This document shows positions 54,809 to 64,000 of a stretch of 64,000 nucleotides of DNA, one piece after another. Each line of letters begins with the position of its first letter. Within the stretch, counting starts at the first letter, position 1. The position numbers were made by a program, and so were the translations under genes. This DNA comes from Klebsormidium nitens (lineage: Eukaryota > Plantae > Klebsormidiophyceae): the NCBI GenBank assembly GCA_000708835.1, contig DF237043.1, positions 148,382 through 212,381 of the forward strand. The letters run 5' to 3'. Under the pieces are notes generated by a model. The model was given only the letters and a program-made list of their open reading frames with translations, did no database searches and had not been told where the DNA came from.

Positions 54809-56359
54809 TCAGTCCAGATTCTCAAACAACCAATGCCAAGAAGTATCCAGCTCAAAGTTCACCTTGTCGCTCCGCTTGCTATACAGGCACAGCACGTGCG
54901 CTAGAAACGCGCACCCTTCCCGCACCTCGACGTCCGCGCCCCCGGCAACGACCACCCCCTCGTGCACGTAAAAATGCCGCACCCGTTCCGGCGACACGAT
55001 CACTTTGGGCAGCCGCCCGAAGAACGTGCTCATGGCGCTGCGGTCGATCAGATTGTAGTGCCGCAGCGGATGCGGCTCCGGCGACGTCCACAGGTCCACC
55101 TCGCTCTGCCCGTCGCCGGGGCAGCGCTCCCCCGAGCACATAACGTCGAAGCGCCGCAGCCGCGCCTGGTCGGCGCCACGCGCGCACGCGAGGACCGTGC
55201 TGACGTTGCCCCGGTGCGGCGTCACCAGGAACTCGTCGACGTCAGCAACGAGGATGCGGAGCCCCCGGCCCCAGTTCTCGAGCAGCGCGTGCGAGTACTG
55301 GAGCGGCTGGTCCGTCGTCGGAAAGCCCGGGGTGTCGTACTTGGGGAACGAGTCCCAGACAATGATCTGCAGCTGACCCCTGCTGACGTAATCCACCAGC
55401 TCGGCGTGTTTCAGCAGCTCGGGGACGTAGTGGTGCTGCACGTACACGATCTCCCCCGCGAGGCCCATCCCCACGTGGTGCCGCACGTGATGCACCAGCA
55501 GCTGCGCGGCCAGTGCGTAGCTGCCACGTGGCGGCTCGTAGTAGAACGACGACAGCAGGAGGAGGGTCTTTTCTGGGGTCGCGTGCGGGGGGGGCACTTC
55601 CGGCGCCTCCAGGTTGCGGAAGTAGTGGAAGCGCGGCCAGTCGTCGACGCGAATCTCCGGAACCTGGTCTCGCAGAGACAGGGGCAGCTCCCCCTCAAAG
55701 TGGAACGGCCGGATGTCCGTCTCGTCGTCAGCTTTGGCCACGGTCAGGGGGTAGATTCTGCGGGCGTTGGGCACCCCCGTCCGGATCTCGATCCGCGGGC
55801 GCCAGTTCCGGATCGCCTCCGGCTGCGCAATGTGGCGGTGCAGAATGGGCACTCCCTCTGTGGCCTCCACGAAGCCCCACCCCGCGCACAGCACCTCCCG
55901 CCCCGACGGCTGCAGCACGCATTTGACGAACAGGTGCAAAACAACGGTCGCAGGGGGGCCGACGTCACCGCTGATGTTATCCGTGACGTTCTCGTACCCG
56001 GGTATCTGGCCTGGGAAGGTGTAGTGCTCCACCGACATTCGTTCCGCGTACGACACCAGCGGAAGTGCTTCCGTGTGCTGGGGGCTTGCTAAGAGCGCAG
56101 CCAGCCCCGCTTTCTGAGGATTCCAACGGCTGTCTATTCCCAAACCCCAACCCGATCCCGAACTCAACACTTCTGCGCTCGCGCTTTGGCAAGGGGGTCC
56201 GGATTCTCTTGAAAACGGGAGGGTCCAATGGATGGTGGAAAAGAGGAAGAAGGCGCCGACACTCAAGAGGCAGAGGGTGGCGCACGCAAAGGCTCGCAGG
56301 CGGTCCGGCTTGATGTCGAGCGTCCGCTTGATGGACACCGATAACGCAATGCTGGCCAT
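54809..56359 (-). CDS. Intronless type II membrane protein, glycosyltransferase family 92/DUF23-like
   Basis: A 516-aa single-exon ORF with an N-terminal hydrophobic anchor (ACATLCLLSVGAFFLF). The C-terminal half has HHVRHHVGMG...IVY, a DxD motif (ILVADVDEFLV) and PKVIVSP...VH, a pattern typical of GT92/GT2_4-like domains. Confidence 0.7.
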   Translation of the reverse strand: MASIALSVSIKRTLDIKPDRLRAFACATLCLLSVGAFFLFSTIHWTLPFSRESGPPCQSASAEVLSSGSGWGLGIDSRWNPQKAGLAALLASPQHTEALPLVSYAERMSVEHYTFPGQIPGYENVTDNISGDVGPPATVVLHLFVKCVLQPSGREVLCAGWGFVEATEGVPILHRHIAQPEAIRNWRPRIEIRTGVPNARRIYPLTVAKADDETDIRPFHFEGELPLSLRDQVPEIRVDDWPRFHYFRNLEAPEVPPPHATPEKTLLLLSSFYYEPPRGSYALAAQLLVHHVRHHVGMGLAGEIVYVQHHYVPELLKHAELVDYVSRGQLQIIVWDSFPKYDTPGFPTTDQPLQYSHALLENWGRGLRILVADVDEFLVTPHRGNVSTVLACARGADQARLRRFDVMCSGERCPGDGQSEVDLWTSPEPHPLRHYNLIDRSAMSTFFGRLPKVIVSPERVRHFYVHEGVVVAGGADVEVREGCAFLAHVLCLYSKRSDKVNFELDTSWHWLFENLD

Positions 56360-59300
56360 GGTGCAGCCTGGAGGAAAGGCGATACATCAGTGGCGCTAAG
56401 AAGCGCGATGTCTGCCCTTCTCAGTGAGCATTCAGCTCGCATTGTGAGTTCCGAGCTGGACCAGTCAAACGGGCCATGTGAGCAGACTGTCAGCAAACGG
56501 AGAGCTGCGAAGGCTTTCGTTCGAGATATTGTATTTCAAAGCAGACAGTGGGCCGGACACCGAACGCCTATCATGACAAAGAACTTCCATTTCGAAAGCA
56601 TCTGTCCAAGTTTTGGAAGGCCGTTCTGGAAGTAAGGCGTGGTACAGCATCCACCCCAATCACGCTTCATGCGAGTGGCAGCTTCTTGAGAGGGACAAGC
56701 AGCAGGTGGACTCTCTCTTGTGTTGGATAGCTGATTGAGCTGCGGATGTCTTGTAATCCAACTGTGAACGAGGGTTGCTTCCTTCATGCCATTGCCTGAT
56801 TCGTCAGCTTTGTCAAATTACCTCACTGTCAAGCTGCATCACCCTTCTGGCCCTCCGCCAGCCTCTTCCGTGCACCCAAGTAGAAACGCTAGCAGAAGTA
56901 CTGCAGAATGGCAAATAAAAGTTGCTGAAATGCACGTGACCTTGATCTTACAGTCAACGTGAGCCAAAAATCCAAAAGCGCTGCCTGCGACCCTACACCG
57001 CGTGTGACGATTCAGTAGAAGAGGCAGTCGGACCGAAGATGCTCAGCTTGAACGAGGTGGAACTGCTCCCGCATATCAGTATGCAAATCTGTTTCTACAA
57101 ACAGAGTATCTCGAAAAGCTGATCAGAGGTATCCAAAGGTACTCAAAGGCTCAGAAACAGGTTGCAACGAAGGAAGAGTAAAAGGGCCAACTCCTTAAGC
57201 TACGACAAAATGTGATCACAATCCCTGAAGCATTCGTTCAAAATGCTTACGCAGAGGTCACTCTTTCAGCAGCCGCTGTTTAACTGATGATGATGTGACT
57301 GACTCTTTTCTATGAGGATGGTGGAAGATGTGAACATAAGAAGCATGTCAGACAATTTGATCTTCGAAACAAAGAATTCAAACCACCATGACGGCACTTA
57401 CAGCATTCAGGGTTCCTTCAGATGATGCTGCGAAAAACGCAGGAGGAGGGCTATTCAGTTGCATGTACTCTTCCTTCCTGGATAATTCAATCTCATGTTG
57501 CCTTCGGAGGTGTCAGCTGGCATCCTTCAGGGACAGCAGGCTTGTCTCAAGGTGCGGATCAGCTCCTGCAGCAGATTGGCAGACTGAGTATCGCCTTCCT
57601 AGCCTGACTGCTACCCTCTTATTATCAAGGCAAGGCTGAAGCAACGCTAAGAAGCTTGTCCTTGAGCCTTTTCAGATTGAAAACTTCGATACGAAAGCCC
57701 CTAACCAACAACAATCCTCTTTCCTTATGTTCAACATGCACCTTAATGTTGGAAACACAAGCGTCACATCCACAAAGCATCAGCTTCGAGAATCAAGGCC
57801 AGCTAGTCCTTGTTGAGAAGCCTGCAGGTTCTGGTCTTGTCATGAATAGGTGCCATGACGACGGACTAAGGAGCGCATGAAATTGTAAGCTAACTGTACC
57901 TTTGAGAGGTTCGAGGTCATTACAAAGACAACTGAAAGGCTGTGATGCCTGCAGCACCTGTTTATTCCTGTTCTCGAAAGCAACAGATCCCGAGAGGTTT
58001 ATTCTTCTCCAAACCTAGTGCTCATCTTATCGAGTGAAAGCGCTTCTCAAGAACGACACTCGAAAAGACAATTGTGATTGAAGCTTGATCCCAGTCAAAC
58101 TCAACCTTCTCTTCTTCGTTGGCAGCACCGCCGCCATGCACACTCGGACTACAGTTCTAGTTTTGAGTCAGTTCCTCGGACCTCGAAGACCGCGCGACAA
58201 GTCTGTCACATCAAGGGACAACATCGACATCATTCGACTTGCGCAAAACACAGGGTGGACTTCGTGAAGCGTACACCTGTCCATCAACGAATGCCAGATG
58301 TCGCGACCACGGCCAGTAAAGTTGGATGTAAACGCCACGTGGGGCTCTGAGGAGTCTCACGTCGTCCCTATGCAATCTCTGTGTAAATCAGAAATGCATA
58401 CATCTTCACATCGCAAGGGGTAGCATTTCCAGTTCTCTTGACACTGTACGCCAATCAAATGAAGATTCGCCTCGAGTTCGACGCAAATGTAAGTCTCCGC
58501 CAGGAGTTCAAAGGAGTTTGGTCCGGTGACCTTCAGCAAGGCATACCTGTGTCGTGATTTTCACGCGTACGTCACAGGGAGGACTGGACGCGAACCGGTG
58601 CCCGATTTAGCCCCTGTTCGGCCCCAGATTGTGCACAAACGGGGCCGAAACCGAGGCGAAAGCGGGGCAGGGCTGGCCTCTGATTTCTTGCCGTTTTCCC
58701 GGGGCGGATTTGCAGCGGTGTCGGCCCCCGGTTTCCTGGACCCCGTTGTGAGAGTCCGGGGCCGGCTGCAGTCAACCCGATCCCGGTTTAAATCTAGACA
58801 AGGGTCCTTCGCCCACGGTTTCGGGCCGGTCTCCTGCAGTATATGCAATGGTTTCAAGCTGTAGTCGTGGCGGAAATAGGTCTTGAAATACATTGAATAG
58901 GAGCTCCCAGACACTACTTGGCGAAAATTGACAGTTATGGCGAGGTTCCCAACAGCGGTTGTGGTCGGTAGGGTGTTCCAGCACCAAACTTTCTTGTCCC
59001 ACCCCCCGACTTCGCAAAAGTGGTACTTGACAAACGAAGGTTCAGCACTGGTTCTGAGCAGGGTTCAGAGTCGTCAAAGCCGGTGGAAGCTCCCGAGCAT
59101 GTACGTAAAAAGTGCCTGACAGCCTGACCATTTTCGCCAGGCCGGCGAAATCCCCTTCCGAGACACCTAAGTGGCGAAAATCAGATCGGCAGTAAGAGCT
59201 AGTTTCGGCACGAACATTATCACAAGGAGAGGCATTGCGTTGCAAAGTTGGCAGCATTGTGGGCCACAGAGATAAGTAACAAAACCAATAGAAGGCGCGT

Positions 59301-62212
59301 CACAAGCGTAACACACCGTTTGTTTGTAGAAGCAGACACTTGTACAGTCATTCAAAGTCGCTCAAGTCCGAACTGCAGCGCGCACGATTAATATACAGAA
59401 AGGACAAGAGGAAGAAGAACAAACTGAGATCGACGTAGCATCGATATGCAGAACCGGATAAGAGCCCTAAGGGCCAGAAACTGACAGTGATCCCAACCGA
59501 ATGAGGCCAAAGAGGATGTCTGCTAACCCAGGAACTTCGCTAGCGCTGCTTCGTTTAGAGTCACGAGAATGCACGTCTGACCAAGCGTGCCGAATCCATG
59601 TCTGCTCTGAATCCTTCTATCATTCCCAATCGCGCAAAAAGTGGCTTTGCTGCTTATCAACTTCGATGCTTTTAACGCTTTCCCGAGGTCGTCTTCGGGT
59701 TTCCTTCAAATGCTGAGAGTGTGCGACTGAAATCTGGGCCGCATAGTACCTGGATGCTATGTAGAGTGTGGCCATGAGTGCGTCCAACCGTCGCAATCTC
59801 CTTACACAACCTTTCACTTGAGTCGACCGTGATGAACTTGGAGTCACGAAGTGGGCAATCATATCTGAAAGTGTGTAGGTGAGGTTGACAGTTGAAAGAG
59901 CTGCTCCGGCAACTCAGCTCACAATTGCAACAACCGATTGGCTCTCTTGATGTACTTGTGCTGCAGCAGCATGTGAGCTTGTCAACCACTTTAAAAGATG
60001 ATAACGTAAGGTCAAAAACTTCAATACTTTCCTGCCACAAAACTTTTTTTGAGATATTTAGGGTCGCTTAAGGCTGTAAGATCTCTCACCTAGCGCCTCG
60101 TAGTTGCCCTCTTTTTGGCCGCTATGGGAGCCGCACACCGACTATGTCCTAAGCGACGCGGAACTATCAGCAGCCCATGCTGAAGGCCTGGGGCTGCCTG
60201 AAAACTCGCTCCACCGATGTCTACTACTGATACAGGATGCAACTGCGAAAAGAAAAACGGTAACCGGTCATCAGCTGGGTGCTCCAAGTCATGCACGGGA
60301 TTGCTGTAAGCGCTGACATGCAGCAAGCAGTTGAAGCTTGACCACATGAACCACGATCTTTTCCACTTTGACTGACTGAGTTGTTGATCTAGATGTGAAA
60401 ACGTCACTCTGCTTGAGTTAAGCCTATGGAAAATGCTGGAGAGTTGAGGAGAGTTATGCAGCAAGTAGGTGGAATGACATGTATGCTGAAACTTCCACTC
60501 TTGGAAATTAGCCATTCAATCTGAAACTGGTGCTCATCAGCAAAAGGTTGCAAACCTTCGACCTTTTCAGGAGTTTTTACATCTCATTGCTTTTTGACCT
60601 ACATGGGAGCAGTTTGAGAAACACCTATGAGTTATACTGTGGTCCATTCCTTCTTACCCAGCTTCTGCTTTCTGAAGGACTGTGACCTTCAGACGTCGTT
60701 GGAGTCTAGGGCAGGACCTGCTCTCTTTATCCAGTTTTGGCGAGGGAAAAGTACTTTGATAAAAGGAAAGGCTCCAATCTGCAGAGCAAGTATCTTCCCA
60801 CACCTTGCAAGGCTCCTGCATTTCGCCCTTGCTTGATGCAGCATGGCGGAGCACTGACTCTGCTGAGCTTGATGCACGAATCCAACTCTGGCCTGGTAGT
60901 GCCAGGGAATCACCCTCGGTCTGATCTCTGGATGGTTGTCATCATAGAGAAGCTGGTTGCAGTGTGGAGTATCCGCTGACAACCTCAGCTGATGTGCTGA
61001 AAATCACGTCTAAACTTATGTTTGAGTACCGATATCTCTGCTTTGCTGCAGGTCGGAGCAAGGTCGATACGAGTTTTTCCATGCCCCAACCCCTTATGAC
61101 AACATACCTGCTGCATAGGCGCCAGCTTATCTGCATCTGATCCGCATCTTAATATTCAGCAGCTCCTGAGCGCATGCTACAAGCAAGTTCACCTCTTGAT
61201 GAAGAATGCACTCTCCAGCTAGCTGCCTCCTTATAGCATTGATGATGTGGCAGACACTGTGGTCAACGCATCCAGGGATGCAAATTGAACGACTTCCTCT
61301 TCCACTCGGGCCGTATTACTATCATTGTCAAAGTAGTACATTCGTTCAACTGCTCAGTTGTCAGCTACAACCGCGCCTGCATATTTCCCTTAAAGCGCCG
61401 CAACCACAGTCGTCGCGTTGGTCCATTCATTGACCGCTAAGAATCAGCTAAGATTCAAGGCGCGGCGCCTGCGGCCTGAAACTTTCAGGTTGTGCAGACT
61501 CCGGCAGAGCGCACTGCTGACGCCTTCGAAGTTCGAAATCAGAGGGATGTTTCTTCTTTTCCGCTGCATGATGCAGAACTGCTCATCAGATCGGGGCACT
61601 GCACTCTCCGCACTTTCCGCACTTGCTCGGCCGGTCCTCTACCGTAGAGTCTACGTCTGTAGGTAGATGGGGTGAAGTCTGCACGCGCACGGCGCAGTCT
61701 ATAGATGATGCGTAGAGGACCGATTGGCTATTTAAAATTTGAACTCGCCGGGCACTGCTTTAAATATGAGTCATAATTGAACCGTGCTGATCTGACGTCA
61801 ATCGCCAGTCAACGGTCAGTATTCTCGACTGCTGCTGGAAGTGAACATCGGAAGGTCTCGTAGCGCCGGTTCCTGCGCTTCGAGACGCCCCACCTAATTC
61901 CAACCATGAGTCGGACGGTTTCATGCAAATGTTGACCAAGTCCCGATGGACCCGACCCGGTTCCTGCCGCCATTGTGTCATGTGGGGCCCGATTACAATC
62001 TAGTCTTGGCCAAGGGCTTTGTGAACCGGGGTTTGATTTCGGGAAACAGGAGTCTGGGCGAAAACCGGGCCCACCCCAGGCTGCCATTTTCCGGGTCCGG
62101 ACACCGACCTCAGGCAATGGAACCGGTGCCAAACCGGAATTAAACCGGGGCGTCTCGGTTTCGATCACGCCAGGCCGGTTCAATCCTCTCTGTAGTACCG
62201 GTAACTAAAGTA

Positions 62213-62597
62213 TAGGCCCCGGAACATGGAATATCGGAATACGGAATACCCAATTTTGGAAGCGGAAGAATCCGGAATACCCAAATTTGGGCCTTGGAAT
62301 ACTAGAATACTGAATACAAGGCTTTTCCGAGCATACTACACAACATGATGTGGCAAACAACAGCCTAGTACTTGACTTCGAAATAAAAAGACATCCAAAA
62401 GCATGCTTCGAACGAAAGAAGATTGTAAAAGAACTCACACGACAAGCGCACTCCTTACGTACCTTTCAAAATGTCAAAAGTCAAATTTGCGAAATGGAAT
62501 ACAGAATACTTGAGCGCTCTGGAATACGGAATACTGCCTTTTTGAAACCTTGGAATACGGAATACTGGGGGTCAAGTATTCCATGTTCCGGGGCCGA
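62213..62597. mobile_element. MITE with 21-bp TIRs and GGAATAC subterminal repeats, 385 bp
   Basis: TAGGCCCCGGAACATGGAATA (62213-62233) and TATTCCATGTTCCGGGGCCGA (62577-62597) match as inverted repeats at 20 of 21 positions. The element is flanked by AAAGTA at 62207-62212 and 62598-62603. Many (G)GAATAC copies lie near both ends. Confidence 0.85.
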
Positions 62598-63064
62598 AAA
62601 GTAGGCCTGGCCTGATACTTTTGAAGCGACCTAGCTGCGCTTCGTCCTCGTCCACTGACTCTAAGCAGCGTTCACAGAAACCCCATGCATGCAGAAAATG
62701 TCAATCAGCAATCTCAACTTTCATTTGGGGTTTCTGTGCAATATATCATTGGGATTTAGTAATCCTTGATTACATATAAGTTAGTCCTTCAGGAATCCTC
62801 GGGAACCGAGCTGGATACTTTCTAGCGGTGGATCTTCATTAAACGCTTCTGTGACAACGTGGTTCAATTCACCTTGACAAGAATCTGGAATACCGTTCGT
62901 ATGGCGAGTCTTGCAAACGAACCGTAAAACTATTGATCGGCCGTTCACACGTTCAAATGCAATCTGCAGCCAGCGCTAATTGAGGTTGACGCTCCCAGCT
63001 GCCCCAAATATCGTTTAATAATTACCTCTCAAGTTACTGTCTGTTCACTTTCTTCTAAGGGGCT

Positions 63065-63627
63065 TTAAACGCGGATGACGTGGTCGGAAGCCTTATTGGA
63101 TGTGGCCGGCGCCGTTCCGCTCGGTCCGTCCCCAACCTTCGCCTCTTCCGCCGACCGTTGCCTGGGCCCCGCCAGCCACTCGGGCGCCCGAAACTCCGTC
63201 TGCCCTTCTACCGCATCTAGCATCGGGGGCAACGACGACAGAATGTTGCGCAATCCAGACAGGCTCGCGTTTGATTCTCCCGAACCCCCGGTGTTCCAGA
63301 TGTGGATCTTGGGCGACATCCCCCTGACAGCGTCCGCAGTGGTTAAGTGGTGGTCGCCATCTTTTCGAACAGTCCGCTCTGCAGCGCCAGCTGGAACTTG
63401 GCCAAGTCCGGACGCTGTTCGGACGCCGCCAGCAGCCGCGCCAGGCCGTCCGCTTGGGCTTCGAAAATGGCGAGCGTGCCTTCCGCGCTTTTCAGCTGCT
63501 CGTACAGAACGGCGTCCGCGGCCTTTTGCTTTTCGTACAAGTGCGCGTCCGCAATGCATCAGATGGCCTCCGCGCGGCCCTCCGCCTCCTTAACCGCGCT
63601 CTCCGCGTCGGCAGTCGTTTTGGCCAC
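63065..63627 (-). pseudogene. Flotillin (plant/fungal SPFH type) terminal exon with a nonsense codon and a frameshift
   Basis: The acceptor is at 63628. The exon reads VAKTTADAESAVKEAEGRAEAI*CIADAHLYEKQKAADAVLYEQLKSAEG...LFEKMATT, shifts frame, then continues TADAVRGMSPKIHIWNTGG...LPPMLDAVEGQTEFRAPEWL. This resembles the C-terminus of plant flotillins (KISVWNHGG...LPPVLDTVYEQTGM.PP.W). Confidence 0.75.
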
Positions 63628-64000
63628 CTGCGAGGTGCATAGAAAGATGATGAAGCTTAAACATCATTTCATGTTGCAAAAATTTAGCATCTGTTCAGCT
63701 TTCTACATGAACGCTGGCGTCTCGAGACGCATTGGTGATGTACTGGGTTACGTCCCGATTGGCCAACATGCCAATATGCGATTCACATTAGTTCGTCCGT
63801 TTGTGACGGCGGGGCTAGTTAGCACGCCAATGGACTGAATACACTTGCGGCTGTCAGTCTGCTTACACATGTGCGGAAACCATGGGCAAGCTTTGCAGCC
63901 AACAGACAAGGAAGACACGCGAGAGCGCCTCTCTGTAAAAGTGTTGCTTGATGCTTCCAAGTTCTGTCTGCTGTGTTCCCACTCACGAAGACTCGGCTGG

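Noticed and set aside
54962-56092. 376-aa plus-strand ORF
   Set aside because: It is the antisense shadow of the GC3-biased GT92-like CDS, with an Arg/Ala/Val-rich composition and no motifs.
63559-63561. TGA as selenocysteine or programmed readthrough in flotillin (also the TGA at 1475-1477)
   Set aside because: The flotillin exon has an independent frameshift, the position is not a catalytic Cys, and no SECIS was evident. Pseudogenisation is simpler.
63075-63838. Plus-strand ORFs of 172 and 163 aa
   Set aside because: They are antisense shadows of the GC-rich flotillin exon.

Overview
Intron-rich eukaryotic genomic DNA with GT-AG introns and streptophyte-type genes. A Klebsormidium-like charophyte alga is my inference from gene content and style, not a database result. 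I reconstructed ten spliced genes by hand: plastid-type MnmG/GidA (-), an MBL-fold NAPE-PLD-like hydrolase (+), cytosolic TPI (+), a small HSP (+), anthranilate synthase alpha (-), a DUF309 protein (+), a GRXS16-type GIY-YIG-like protein with an unusual C-terminal domain (+), FKBP62/ROF1 (+), lumenal FKBP13 (-) and MED6 (+). There is also an intronless GT92/DUF23-like glycosyltransferase (-) and a disrupted flotillin 3' exon (-). Mobile DNA comprises a 5'-truncated LINE with an open ORF and two TIR MITEs. Two patterns are not explained by the gene models. First, three unrelated genes each carry a tandem series of decaying copies of a splice acceptor plus exon start, directly upstream of the functional exon. 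Second, several intergenic islands are strongly enriched in short palindromes. All exon coordinates were read manually and may be off by a few bases.
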